Origin: a virus
Virus record (IMG/VR): IMGVR_UViG_3300016476_001169
Span: 1 to 64,000 of that record
Length of the DNA stretch: 64,000 bases
Direction: 5' to 3' (one strand)
Shown here: piece by piece, positions 47,756 through 57,706 of the stretch
Numbering within the stretch: the stretch's first letter is position 1
Layout: each line of letters opens with the position of its first letter
The notes under the pieces: model-generated
What the model saw: only the letters and a program-made list of their open reading frames with translations
What the model was told of the DNA's origin: nothing
The model's database searches: none
Position numbers and translations under genes: made by a program

Positions 47756-48343
47756 ATGGCTTATAAAAAAACAACCTCAAAGACCGTTCGGGAAACAAAA
47801 GCAGAAGAGAAACCTTTATATCATGAAGTCTTCCCTGAAGAATTATTAGATGATGGCGAGTTTATCTTGTCTTTTACCATACCTGGTCAGCCAGCTACTA
47901 AAAAGACATCACAAAGGGTTTTCAGAAAGCGAATTTTGCCATCTAAGGCTTATTGTGAGTATGAGAAGTACTGTGAGCCTTTTTGCAAGCAAGCTTGGGC
48001 TGATAAAGGCAAGGCCCCTATGGATTATGGGGTTGTTATCAATATGCGAATCTTTCTTAAAAACTGGATTGTTGGTGACTGTACAGGTTATCAACAATCC
48101 ATTGCTGATATACTACAAAAATTTGAAGTATTGTCAAACGACAGCTGGATTCACTGGGATTGGGAAAACTCTCACTGGCTAGGCGGGATAGATAAAGAAA
48201 ATCCAAGAGTTGAAATTACCATCAAAAGATTTAGGCATCCAAAAGAAGCTTATAGAAATGAACAAGAACTTTTTAACAAACAAAAAGAAGAAAGGAAAGT
48301 GGCTCGTTTATTAAAAGAGGCACAAAAACAAAACAATGGATGA
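47756..48343 (+). CDS. rusA: RusA-like Holliday junction resolvase
   Basis: FTIPGQPATKK, GD..GY...IADIL...L.NDSWI, DKENPRVEITI. Confidence 0.8.
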   Translation: MAYKKTTSKTVRETKAEEKPLYHEVFPEELLDDGEFILSFTIPGQPATKKTSQRVFRKRILPSKAYCEYEKYCEPFCKQAWADKGKAPMDYGVVINMRIFLKNWIVGDCTGYQQSIADILQKFEVLSNDSWIHWDWENSHWLGGIDKENPRVEITIKRFRHPKEAYRNEQELFNKQKEERKVARLLKEAQKQNNG

Positions 48344-48812
48344 AGAATTACCAAAAGTAACAGGCGTACACATTATTCATGTTTCTCAAGATCTCCCAGC
48401 AGAAGACATTCAAGGCTTTATGGAAGATTGGATTGCAGAGAATAGTGACATTTCAACAGATCCAGGCGAGGTTGTTATTTTTTCACCTTATCAAATGGAT
48501 TACACCCTTACCGACACAGAAGATGGTGGACAAACACTTTTCTTGGTAGGTTACATGGCTAGAGAAAAATGGGCCACATTATCTGATGCAGATGATCTTC
48601 GCAAGTTTGCATTCCAACTTGAAGAAAGCCACAAGAATTTAAAAGTTGGAGTTGAATTGGCCTTGAGTGTAAAAGAGCCTGAAGAAGCTGATCAAAATTA
48701 TAACTTTGTAACTTCTTATTTTGAGAAAAATGAAGAAGTTAGAGACATGCTCATGAAGATGCAGGAAAATTCAGATTTAGAAGATGACGAAAATTTATTC
48801 GGCGGTCAATAA
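48336..48812 (+). CDS. acidic hypothetical protein
   Basis: 158 aa ORF overlapping the end of rusA. Confidence 0.65.
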   Translation: MDEELPKVTGVHIIHVSQDLPAEDIQGFMEDWIAENSDISTDPGEVVIFSPYQMDYTLTDTEDGGQTLFLVGYMAREKWATLSDADDLRKFAFQLEESHKNLKVGVELALSVKEPEEADQNYNFVTSYFEKNEEVRDMLMKMQENSDLEDDENLFGGQ

Positions 48813-48845
48813 AATCTGGTACAATTATAAAATAAATCTTCCTGG

Positions 48846-49571
48846 GTGATAAAAATGGATAAAAGCTACTTTTTGCACAAAGTTAAACACGAATTGTGCC
48901 TTGTTAATAATATTGTTCACTTGAATAATGAAGTTTATTCAATTTCTATGCCAGTAGTCATACCTAAACTGAAGTTAAATGCTACAGATGGAAGAACTTT
49001 GATGCAAAGAATTATTTTCCAGCATCTAAATAGCAATGCTTCTAAAGCTATAGGTTTTCTAAGAGGTATGTTCAATCTGTGTTCAGAGCCTGATAATTTT
49101 GAAACACACCTGATGCTCACATGCCCCGTAGGACAGCTTTCAGAGCCGACAGAGACAGAATGGATCAGGGCCATGGAAAACGGCCTGGATTCGGGCCAAA
49201 TTGAGCCCCCTGTGGCATCTATGGGTAAGGATGTATACATCAATGCCTGGGGTATACAAGATTACATCTATGACATGAAAGTTGAGTTCTGGCCACACAC
49301 AGAAAAACCTAATGCATTTCAGTGCCACTGTGCAATTAAATTTATTAAACCAGAAGGCATTGAAGAAACTAATCATTTAGATTTTGAATCTGGTTTTAAT
49401 TTTTTAATCTATTCTGAAAAGTCCAATTGTTTTGTTCCTTTTTTAATTAAAAATGAAAACAATCCAGTATTCTTCTTGCAAGAGGCAACAATTGTCAAAC
49501 ATGAATTAATAGAAGATGAAGATGGAATTGGAAGAGAATTGTTTGTTGAATGTGAAATCTACGCTAGATAA
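48846..49571 (+). CDS. hypothetical protein
   Basis: 241 aa; extended -10 TGGTACAAT upstream. Confidence 0.65.
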   Translation: MIKMDKSYFLHKVKHELCLVNNIVHLNNEVYSISMPVVIPKLKLNATDGRTLMQRIIFQHLNSNASKAIGFLRGMFNLCSEPDNFETHLMLTCPVGQLSEPTETEWIRAMENGLDSGQIEPPVASMGKDVYINAWGIQDYIYDMKVEFWPHTEKPNAFQCHCAIKFIKPEGIEETNHLDFESGFNFLIYSEKSNCFVPFLIKNENNPVFFLQEATIVKHELIEDEDGIGRELFVECEIYAR

Positions 49572-49600
49572 AAAAAAGCCCCTCAAAATGAGGGGCTTTT
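49570..49600. terminator. bidirectional terminator
   Basis: AAAAGCCCCTCA/TGAGGGGCTTTT. Confidence 0.85.
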
Positions 49601-49616
49601 AGTTTATTCGAATAAA

Positions 49617-50024
49617 TTAAAGAGCTGGCTCTTCTTCTGATTCGATGATTTCTGGAGCCTCGATAGGAGTTGAAGAACCTACAACACTAACATAGTGTGG
49701 CTCTGTCTCTTCAATATTAAGGCTGGTTGCGCCATCAAATCCATACTGTGCAACAATCTCCTTGAAGCGATCTTGGAAATTAGTATTGGAATTTGCCAAT
49801 TCTGTTTCAATAGCATCAAGCTGCTCTTGTGCTTGAGCCTTCTGGCTATTGTAGTTTCTTGTGATCTCTTCATACTGGGCTTCGAGATTCTTAATAAAAT
49901 TATAAGCCTGATAACCCTGTGACTGTAAGAAAGTCTGTTGTGCTTGCATGTTGCGAAGTTCGCCATACTCCTCTGGAGTAATGGCTGGTCTTTCGACCTC
50001 AGTGGTACCTAATGATTCGTCCAT
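49617..50024 (-). CDS. coiled-coil hypothetical protein
   Basis: 135 aa; AAGGA SD. Confidence 0.7.
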   Translation of the reverse strand: MDESLGTTEVERPAITPEEYGELRNMQAQQTFLQSQGYQAYNFIKNLEAQYEEITRNYNSQKAQAQEQLDAIETELANSNTNFQDRFKEIVAQYGFDGATSLNIEETEPHYVSVVGSSTPIEAPEIIESEEEPAL

Positions 50025-50126
50025 GTTTTTTCCTTTTGTGATACTTAAGTAATTACTAGTGCTCTACAGCACACACAATTAATTATACACAAAATTATGG
50101 TTCTTGGCAACCAAAATAGATATTGT

Positions 50127-50366
50127 CTAAAGCTGATTTTTCTTTCCAGTTTGATATTCCATTACACTCACAAAGTAATTAATAAAAACAAGACAAAAAA
50201 GTATGCAGATAATGAATAATTTAAAAAGAGTGATGGCTGCATAAATCCAATTTAGATTCAATAAAAAATAGACAATCTCTCCCAATAAGAACAACATAAA
50301 GCCTAAAAAAGCGAAAAATAAAAGAGAGAATAAAAAATTAAGTAATTTAACCATGATTAATCCCAT
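50127..50366 (-). CDS. small two-TM membrane protein
   Basis: Two hydrophobic stretches and a basic C-terminus. Confidence 0.55.
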   Translation of the reverse strand: MGLIMVKLLNFLFSLLFFAFLGFMLFLLGEIVYFLLNLNWIYAAITLFKLFIICILFCLVFINYFVSVMEYQTGKKNQL

Positions 50367-50401
50367 AAAAGGCCCCTTGAAAATAAATTCAAGAGGCCTT
50401 T
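50367..50401 (-). terminator. terminator of the ncRNA candidate
   Basis: AAAGGCCTCTTGAA-tttatt-TTCAAGGGGCCTTTT; the one non-canonical pair is a U-G wobble only on the minus strand. Confidence 0.75.
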
Positions 50402-50408
50402 CTTATAA

Positions 50409-50503
50409 CACTTGCTTCGTTGCAGTGAGTATTTGAGCCACAGCCTCATTGCTATAGCTGATAATCCGCTGTTCGACCTTCGCCCACTAAACTTAAGCAA
50501 GTG
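50409..50503 (-). ncRNA. structured ncRNA candidate with raiA-motif-like outer stems
   Basis: 95-nt irregular hairpin (CACUUGCUU/AAGCAAGUG, GUU/AAC, AGUGGG/CUCACU, GGUC/GGCU, ACAGC/GCUGU) in an ORF-free gap between a promoter and a terminator. Confidence 0.65.
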
Positions 50504-50588
50504 AAATCGCGCAGAACATTAAATTTATCTACTTTAAAAGCGGGAACATTACTACATTATGCTATACTTATAGTAGAAACAATAATTT

Positions 50589-50614
50589 TATTATAGAAAT
50601 AAAATAAAAATCCT
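50589..50614 (-). promoter_or_regulatory. putative phage late promoter (AGG-N18-TAATA) for the ncRNA
   Basis: Minus strand gaAGGatttttattttatttctaTAATAaa, immediately after the nrdA terminator. Confidence 0.5.
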
Positions 50615-50617
50615 TCA

Positions 50618-50644
50618 TTTTAGGGGGCCGAAGCCCCCTAAAAA
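50618..50644 (-). terminator. nrdA terminator
   Basis: TTTTAGGGGGC-(TTCG loop on minus)-GCCCCCTAAAA. Confidence 0.75.
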
Positions 50645-53095
50645 CTATGAACCGCAAGCCTCGCAGTCAGGATTATCAAGTGAACAGACTGCACTATTGA
50701 ACTCATCTGGATTAAATTCCTTGATAGGCTCTGGCTTCTCAACTCTTTCAACCTTGTCAAGTGATTGCATACCAGAAGTATCAATTCCGAGGCCCTTAAT
50801 TGCAGCAGCCTTTGGCTTGGTTCTGAGGTAATACATACCTGTCTTCAATCCAATCTTCCATCCATAAAAGTGTGCAGAAGAAAGCTTAGACATAGTTGGT
50901 TCTGCCATAAACATATTCAATGATTGAGATTGATCAATGAAATAGTTTCTATCTCTAGCCATGTCAAGGATGTTTTTACCCTTCATCTCCCATACAGTCT
51001 TGTAAACTTCACGAATGTCTGCTGGAATCTCTTCAATGTTTTGAACTGAGCCATTGTCAATGATAAGTTTCATTCTGATGTTATCAGTCCAAAGACCATT
51101 ATTGACCAAGTCTTCTACAAGATGCTTATTGACAATAGCATATTCACCACTAAGGGTATTTCTCTTGTAAAGATTTGCAGTGAATGGTTCAAAACATTCA
51201 TTGTTACCAAGGATTTGTGCAGTAGAAGCAGTTGGCATTGGTGCAACTAACAAAGAGTTTCTTAAACCAACACTCTTGATTTCTTCCTTAAGGGCGTTAA
51301 AGTCCCAAAGGCCTGACAAATCATTTTCATTCAATCCCCAAAGATCATACTGTAATAGACCCTGCGATGCAGGAGATCCAGTGAATGTTTCATAGGGGCC
51401 ATGAATCTTAGCTAAATCCTTAGAAGCAGTAAGTGCTGCAAAGTAAATAGTTTCAAAGATATCCTTGTTCAACTTCTTTGCTTCATCTGATTCAAATGGA
51501 AGACCCATAAGCGCAAATGTATCAGCAAGTCCTTGAACCCCAAGTCCAATTGGGCGATGTCGGAAATTAGACTTCTTTGTTTCAGGAGTAGGATAGAAGT
51601 TAATATCAATCACCTGATTAAGATTTACAGTTGCTTGGTATGTTACTTCATACAATCTCTGGAAATCAAACTTGCGGAGCTTTTTATCTTTCTCTCTAAC
51701 TTTGCCTGATGGAATTACAACATACTTTGGAAGAGCAATCGAGGCCAAGTTACAAACAGCTGTTTCATCCTTGTCTGTATACTCCAAAATTTCTGTACAG
51801 AGGTTTGAAGACTTAATTGTACCAAGGTTCTTCTGATTGCTCTTATAATTTGCAGCATCCTTGTAAAGCATGTAGGGGGTACCAGTTTCTACTTGACTGT
51901 CAAGTACCTTCTCCCAAAGTTCACGAGCCTTAATAGTCTTGAGAGCCTTGCCCTCTGCTTCATACTTTTCAAATAGTTCTGTGAAAGCTTTGCTCTCAGG
52001 ACTATCATAAGCATCTATAAGGCCAGGAACTTCATTTGGAGAGAATAAGCTCCAGTTTCCGTCTTCTTCTACTCTCTTCATGAAAAGGTCTGGAATCCAA
52101 AGGGCTAAGAATAAGTCTCTAGCACGAAGTTCTTCCTTGCCATGATTCTTGCGAAGATCAAGAAAATCAAATACATCTGCATGCCATGGTTCGAGATAAA
52201 CAGCGATGGAGCCCTTGCGCTTTCCACCACCCTGATCAACGTATCTTGCAGTCTCATTGAATACACGCAACATAGGAACGATGCCATTAGATGTACCATT
52301 GGTCCCCTTAATGTATGAACCCTTCGCGCGAATTTTATGAATGTTGATGCCAATACCACCAGCATTTTGTGAAATAGCTGCACAGTCTGCAAGAGACTTA
52401 TAGATTCCTGGGATAGAATCATCATCTACATCAATCAAGAAACAAGAAGAAAGCTGTGGGCGCTTTGTACCTGCATTAAACAATGTAGGAGTCGCATGAG
52501 TAAACAAACCTTGCGAAAGCATGTCATAGGTCTTTTGGACCATTTCAAGGTTGTCTCCCCAAATACCAACAGATACTCTCATGTACATGTGCTGAGGTGT
52601 TTCAGATGGCTTACCCTTCATTTTTAAAAGATAAGATTTCTCCAGAGTCTTGTATCCAAAGTAATCAAAATTAAAGTCACGATCATGAACAATCATAGCA
52701 TTTAATTCTGCACTGTGCTTTTCAATTGATGCATAGGTAGAATCAGAAATCAAACCAGCCTTTTCACCAGTCTTAGGATTAATGTATTCATACAAACTCT
52801 TAGCAACAACTGAAAATTCTTTAGGCACATCCTTATAAAGAGATGTAATTGCAATTCTTGCAGCAAGCTTCGCATAATCTGGATGTGTAGTAATCATAGA
52901 TGCTGCTGTTTCGGCACTTAACTGATCCAATTCAGCACTGGAAACACCATCATACAAACCTGAAATTACCTTCTTGGCAACTTCAAAATAGTCAACATAA
53001 TCTTCATTCAAGCCATAAGTCTGCTTTCTAATTCTAGAAGAAATCTTATCAAACTTAACTTGCTCTACTGTGCCATTTCTCTTTACTACATTCAT
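50645..53095 (-). CDS. nrdA: ribonucleotide reductase class Ia alpha subunit with ATP cone
   Basis: VVKRNG ATP cone, [39 protein letters not shown] and C-terminal CEACGS. Confidence 0.97.
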   Translation of the reverse strand: MNVVKRNGTVEQVKFDKISSRIRKQTYGLNEDYVDYFEVAKKVISGLYDGVSSAELDQLSAETAASMITTHPDYAKLAARIAITSLYKDVPKEFSVVAKSLYEYINPKTGEKAGLISDSTYASIEKHSAELNAMIVHDRDFNFDYFGYKTLEKSYLLKMKGKPSETPQHMYMRVSVGIWGDNLEMVQKTYDMLSQGLFTHATPTLFNAGTKRPQLSSCFLIDVDDDSIPGIYKSLADCAAISQNAGGIGINIHKIRAKGSYIKGTNGTSNGIVPMLRVFNETARYVDQGGGKRKGSIAVYLEPWHADVFDFLDLRKNHGKEELRARDLFLALWIPDLFMKRVEEDGNWSLFSPNEVPGLIDAYDSPESKAFTELFEKYEAEGKALKTIKARELWEKVLDSQVETGTPYMLYKDAANYKSNQKNLGTIKSSNLCTEILEYTDKDETAVCNLASIALPKYVVIPSGKVREKDKKLRKFDFQRLYEVTYQATVNLNQVIDINFYPTPETKKSNFRHRPIGLGVQGLADTFALMGLPFESDEAKKLNKDIFETIYFAALTASKDLAKIHGPYETFTGSPASQGLLQYDLWGLNENDLSGLWDFNALKEEIKSVGLRNSLLVAPMPTASTAQILGNNECFEPFTANLYKRNTLSGEYAIVNKHLVEDLVNNGLWTDNIRMKLIIDNGSVQNIEEIPADIREVYKTVWEMKGKNILDMARDRNYFIDQSQSLNMFMAEPTMSKLSSAHFYGWKIGLKTGMYYLRTKPKAAAIKGLGIDTSGMQSLDKVERVEKPEPIKEFNPDEFNSAVCSLDNPDCEACGS

Positions 53096-54055
53096 TTAAA
53101 AATCCTCATCTGTCGCAAATGACTTTTCTTCCTTAACGCCTACACCACTCTTGGAGTATTCACTTACACGCTTCTCAAAGAAGTTTGTCTTGTTTTCCAT
53201 GGCAATATTCTTCATGAAATCGAATGGATTCTCAGAATTATAAATCTTGCCAACACCCAAATCAACAAGCAAGCGATCGGAAACATACTCTAAGTATTGC
53301 TTCATCAAATCAGAGTTCATACCAATCAAAGATACTGGCAATGATTCTGAAATAAATTCTTTCTCAATCTCAAGTGCCGAACCAATGATCTCAATTAGGC
53401 GATCTTTAGAAAGCTTGTTTTCAATGTGATTGTTATAAAGATGGACAGCAAAGTCTGTGTGCAAGCCTTCATCACGAGAAATAAGCTCATTGGAGAATGA
53501 AAGACCTGGCATCAAACCACGCTTCTTAAGCCAGAAGATAGAACAGAAAGAACCTGAAAAGAAGATACCTTCAACAGCTGCAAAAGCGATCAATCGCTCA
53601 ACGAAAGATTCAGAACCAATCCACTTAAGGGCCCATTCAGCCTTCTTCTGTACAGCAGGGACTGTATCAATTGCGTTGAATAGGTGATTTTGCTCAGCCT
53701 TATCCTTGATGTATGTATCAATTAGAAGAGAATAAGTTTCAGAATGGATATTCTCCATCATGATCTGAAAACCATAGAAGAACTTAGCTTCTGTATATTG
53801 AACCTCAGATACAAAGTTTTCTGCAAGGTTCTCATTTACAATTCCATCGCTTGCAGCGAAGAATGCCAATACATGCTTTACAAAGTGCTTTTCGCCTTCA
53901 TTTAGCTTTTCCCAGTCAGCCAAGTCTGCAGAAAGGTCAATCTCTTCTGCTGTCCAGAAGGAAGCTTCAGCCTTCTTGTAATAATTCCAAATGTCATGAT
54001 GCTGAAGTGGGAACAATACAAAACGGTTCTTATTCTCAACTAAAATCTTTTCCAT
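53096..54055 (-). CDS. nrdB: ribonucleotide reductase class Ia beta subunit
   Basis: [42 protein letters not shown]. Confidence 0.97.
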   Translation of the reverse strand: MEKILVENKNRFVLFPLQHHDIWNYYKKAEASFWTAEEIDLSADLADWEKLNEGEKHFVKHVLAFFAASDGIVNENLAENFVSEVQYTEAKFFYGFQIMMENIHSETYSLLIDTYIKDKAEQNHLFNAIDTVPAVQKKAEWALKWIGSESFVERLIAFAAVEGIFFSGSFCSIFWLKKRGLMPGLSFSNELISRDEGLHTDFAVHLYNNHIENKLSKDRLIEIIGSALEIEKEFISESLPVSLIGMNSDLMKQYLEYVSDRLLVDLGVGKIYNSENPFDFMKNIAMENKTNFFEKRVSEYSKSGVGVKEEKSFATDEDF

Positions 54056-54249
54056 TTACGTTTCTTTCTTAGGTATTTTGAATCTTATAATTTTTACGGT
54101 AAGTTGAATAATACAACTAAAACAACACAATGCTTAACATGATTCAAAAATTTACATAATTTTATTTTATAAATTCTGGCAGCAATAGATGCCGCGTTTC
54201 TCAATAGAATTATGGTGCCAGAAAGAACTTTAAGGCACTTTTAGGCGAT

Positions 54250-54340
54250 AAAAAAAGCCACCACCTAAAATAGCTTAGGTGTGACTAATTAAGGTACTTT
54301 GTAGTACCCTTTGCGCTTTAGAATCAGGTTAACAACAGAC
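54250..54340 (-). ncRNA. short non-coding transcript candidate (hairpin plus terminator)
   Basis: Follows promoter 54345-54372. Contains hairpin AGGGTACT-acaa-AGTACCTT and terminator AGTCACACCTAAG..TTTAGGTGGTGGCTTTTTTT; no ATG-initiated ORF. Confidence 0.4.
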
Positions 54341-54344
54341 TTTA

Positions 54345-54372
54345 TTTTACTAGTTTTGACACCATAGAACCT
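54345..54372 (-). promoter_or_regulatory. putative phage late promoter (AGG-N20-TAAAA)
   Basis: Minus strand acAGGttctatggtgtcaaaactagTAAAAt. Confidence 0.45.
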
Positions 54373-54395
54373 GTCTAAATTGTATTAAATTTTAA

Positions 54396-55286
54396 TTAAT
54401 TTGAACCTTTGAGAGGCACTTCTGCATAAAAAATTTTTTGCCTACCCCAGTCAATTGATTCTGCTAAAATTTCTCCATTTGGCCCCACAATTTGTGTATG
54501 TCCTTGGAAATACAAACCTGGTTTTAACCAGCCGCAGCAGTATGGCCTAACTATGGCTATTTGATTTTCTATACTTCTTTGAATTTGTGGGCTTTCTTTT
54601 TCTTTATCAAATGGATAATTAGGATAAGGCCTCCAACCGCCTGAAGGAGCAACTAAAAATTGGGCCCCTTTGTCACACATGGATTTAATGAAATTTGGAT
54701 CATCTAAATCATAACAAATTACTACACCTATTTTAAATTCTTTAGTTTCAATAGGCTCATCTGAATTACCTGGTTTAACACCCCATGAAGTTTCAATAGG
54801 TACGAGTTTATTCTTGCAATAACTGCCTGCTACAAAGCCATTATCGTCAAACACATAGCAAACATTGTAAATGCCATTAAATTTTTTTTCATAAATACTA
54901 CCAGATACAATTACAACATTGTTTTCAAAAGCTATTTGTGAGAATACTCGTTTGACAATGTCTGTTATTCTAGATTGCGCCAGCCATTCACCCATACCAT
55001 TCAATTTTATTATTGAAAATAACCAATCTGAAAATCGCTCTAGCCAGTTTTTTAAACCGAGGGGCTGAAAGGTTAATTCGTTCCCGTTTCTTATTTGCTG
55101 TATTCGATAGCTTTCTTTAGCCCAGGCTAGACAAAAACCAAGATCTTCTGGGAAAACAACAACTTGAGCCCCATTTTTAACAGCTTCTTTGGTAAGATTA
55201 TTAATCAGATTGAAAAACTGTTTTTCATTCTTGCATTGAACCAAATCTAATTGAACCGCAGCAACTTTGATTTTCATTTTATTCAC
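54396..55286 (-). CDS. carbon-nitrogen hydrolase (nitrilase superfamily)
   Basis: KVAAVQ; catalytic triad VVFPE / YCKNKL / VICYD. Confidence 0.9.
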   Translation of the reverse strand: MNKMKIKVAAVQLDLVQCKNEKQFFNLINNLTKEAVKNGAQVVVFPEDLGFCLAWAKESYRIQQIRNGNELTFQPLGLKNWLERFSDWLFSIIKLNGMGEWLAQSRITDIVKRVFSQIAFENNVVIVSGSIYEKKFNGIYNVCYVFDDNGFVAGSYCKNKLVPIETSWGVKPGNSDEPIETKEFKIGVVICYDLDDPNFIKSMCDKGAQFLVAPSGGWRPYPNYPFDKEKESPQIQRSIENQIAIVRPYCCGWLKPGLYFQGHTQIVGPNGEILAESIDWGRQKIFYAEVPLKGSN

Positions 55287-57638
55287 CTAAAAAAATGTAA
55301 TTGTAGGATGTCTTCTTGGCGTTGGCTGATTGCCATAGGTTTGAACTGCACCAATGTCGAGTTTCTGGCTTGAGGTAGTGCCTGGAAAATTAGTAGGATA
55401 TGCTATACCAACCAAAGCAGAACCACTGCCAGTTGTTGTATTTAAAGTAAAATCTACATAATCAACGCCTAAATGAACATAAGGGGATGATGTTAATAAA
55501 ATTTCATCTGTTTGATATAAATAGGGTGGGTTTGACTCAAAAGTATTACCAGCGTTGTTATAGTATGCATTTCTTATAACTTTGGCCATTGAAAACGAAA
55601 GTGGAAAATCACCATCGGCAAGAATCCCATGGTCGCCGCCATTTGTAAATAAACTATTACTAATAATAAAACGCCCGGATGGATAAACTTTAACCCCGGA
55701 TTTTGAACATTGATTGGCAGTTATAAAATTAATTCTTAAGTCAGTGCATTCTTGGGCGATAATCCCATTGCCATGGCTGGTCAAAGAACCGCTAACATCA
55801 TGAATGATAGTATGATCGACTCTCAAGCTCAATTGGTAGCCATAAATTCCAACACCAACTATATTATCAAAAACACATCCGCTAATAGTTACATGATTTG
55901 CAGAATCTGCATAGAAGCCAGCGGATGTAGTGTTTGCACCTACGATGTGGCTTATACGGCTGTTCTCAATCCAAATTGCTTGCTGGTTTCCCGATCCTAA
56001 TACTATGCCGCTATCTAAAGAATTGTGAAGCCAACAGTGTGAAATTAAAAAACTTTTATCTGTTGTTGATACTAATTTTTCAGCAAAATAATTTCCATCT
56101 ATTTCTATATTTAAAACTTGCAAATCATGCTCTCTAATAAACAAAGCGCCAAGACCAGCCATGGAAAATTGAAGGGGATCTACAGTGTCATCAACTAATA
56201 AAATGGGTTTCTCGCCCAAATCATAGTGAAATACTTCATAACCAGAGAGAGACAAATCCCAAAGCTCAAGCGGTGACGTCAATACATACGTTCCAGATTG
56301 TACATGAGCTATGCCTCCAATGTTATAGAGCTCTGCGCCCTCAGATAATGCATAAAGATTGTTAACAGCACCACCAATTACACCATAGCCACCAGTAGCA
56401 CCATCTTCTGCAACGTATAAATCTGAAGCTATGACTGCGGCTTGACCATTCGTTACATTTAAAATCTCGAAACGATGGTCCCCTTTATTAACTATAAAAC
56501 TAGAATAATCGCCATCGCCCCAAGCTGAAGCTGAATTCCAAGCAGCATCTATTGCGACTGCGATGCCAGTATCTACATTTGACCATGAAGAGAGGCCTGA
56601 GTTGTACACAAACAAATGGTGATCATTTAAATTCTGAAAACCAGTAGATACTTTTCTGCCGATTTTAATATAATCGGTTAAGCTTGGAGTACCATCTAAA
56701 TAAAATACAATCCAATATCTTCCTGGGGCCAAAGTTGAATTGATACTTACACTAACCCAATCAGGACTTGCTGATAATGTAGCTGCGCCAACAACGCCAA
56801 AATCTATAACTGTGCCAGATGGAACTCCTGCATTATCATCTCTAAGTTCAATGTAAATGTCACCCACTGGAGAACCCTGAGCCCACATGACTATCGACAA
56901 TTGCTTGAAAGTTTTAGTTGAATCAATGTCAAACCAAGCGGCCATTGGCTCAGTTGAAGTCTTTGCCATTTCAGTGATTGTGGTGTTGCTAACCAAGCTT
57001 GCGGAGCGGCTTTTGAAACCTATGTGATTATTTTGAACATAAATAAAATTACCTATGTCGTCTGAAATAAAATCTCTTGTTGGGCTTGAAAGAAACTTCA
57101 TAGTTCCTTTGTAAGGTAAATTTGTTATTTGCTGGAAAGATGTACTAAAAGTATTTAAAGTTAAATCTACACCAAGATTTGTTGCAACTGCACCACCACC
57201 ATAATTTTGGAATTGTCCAAAAGCAATTGAACTTGCGAGGGGCCTCAAAAATACTTGATAATGTTCATAAGGGTAGCCTGGCCCTACTGGCGAGGTAATA
57301 ATAAGCCTAGCATTATTTGGTATAAAGTCAGCTGTTTCAACCATTTCGCTTGACGCAACAACTTCACCATCGCCACCAATAACAACAAAACGGATGCCTA
57401 TCCAATAAGTGTCTCCTGCAAAAGACCCCATGCCTGGCATAATGGTATAAGAAGCGTAATCTGGCTTGTAAGGCGATACTGGTTGGTTTAATTCTAAATC
57501 ATTGATGACAACTGTTTGGTAAGTGGTACCATAAGAATAATTGGGGCCAGCATTTGGGTTAAAAGGATTAAACGCAGAACCAGCCTCTTGGCTGCCTGTC
57601 GTTTTCACTTCCCATTCTATGCTGTGATTAATAGCCAT
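55287..57638 (-). CDS. tail-spike-like protein with C-terminal right-handed beta-helix
   Basis: Pectate-lyase-like turns (IENSRISH, ISGCVFDN, ISNSLFTN) and terminal LDIGAVQ; downstream of the tail fibre. Confidence 0.6.
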   Translation of the reverse strand: MAINHSIEWEVKTTGSQEAGSAFNPFNPNAGPNYSYGTTYQTVVINDLELNQPVSPYKPDYASYTIMPGMGSFAGDTYWIGIRFVVIGGDGEVVASSEMVETADFIPNNARLIITSPVGPGYPYEHYQVFLRPLASSIAFGQFQNYGGGAVATNLGVDLTLNTFSTSFQQITNLPYKGTMKFLSSPTRDFISDDIGNFIYVQNNHIGFKSRSASLVSNTTITEMAKTSTEPMAAWFDIDSTKTFKQLSIVMWAQGSPVGDIYIELRDDNAGVPSGTVIDFGVVGAATLSASPDWVSVSINSTLAPGRYWIVFYLDGTPSLTDYIKIGRKVSTGFQNLNDHHLFVYNSGLSSWSNVDTGIAVAIDAAWNSASAWGDGDYSSFIVNKGDHRFEILNVTNGQAAVIASDLYVAEDGATGGYGVIGGAVNNLYALSEGAELYNIGGIAHVQSGTYVLTSPLELWDLSLSGYEVFHYDLGEKPILLVDDTVDPLQFSMAGLGALFIREHDLQVLNIEIDGNYFAEKLVSTTDKSFLISHCWLHNSLDSGIVLGSGNQQAIWIENSRISHIVGANTTSAGFYADSANHVTISGCVFDNIVGVGIYGYQLSLRVDHTIIHDVSGSLTSHGNGIIAQECTDLRINFITANQCSKSGVKVYPSGRFIISNSLFTNGGDHGILADGDFPLSFSMAKVIRNAYYNNAGNTFESNPPYLYQTDEILLTSSPYVHLGVDYVDFTLNTTTGSGSALVGIAYPTNFPGTTSSQKLDIGAVQTYGNQPTPRRHPTITFF

Positions 57639-57706
57639 TATCTACCAATTTCCGCAATCTTGATTGCTGCTGTTATGTCTTTAACTTGTAAATCAATATT
57701 TATCAT
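57638..57706 (-). CDS. 22-aa mini-ORF
   Basis: MINIDLQVKDITAAIKIAEIGR; AAGGT SD; TAATG overlap with the next start. Confidence 0.4.
   Translation of the reverse strand: MINIDLQVKDITAAIKIAEIGR

Noticed and set aside
50440-50510. Hammerhead ribozyme or tRNA
   Set aside because: CTGATAA is not the CUGANGA core, and there is no cloverleaf or T-arm. No tRNA gene was recognised anywhere in the window by eye.
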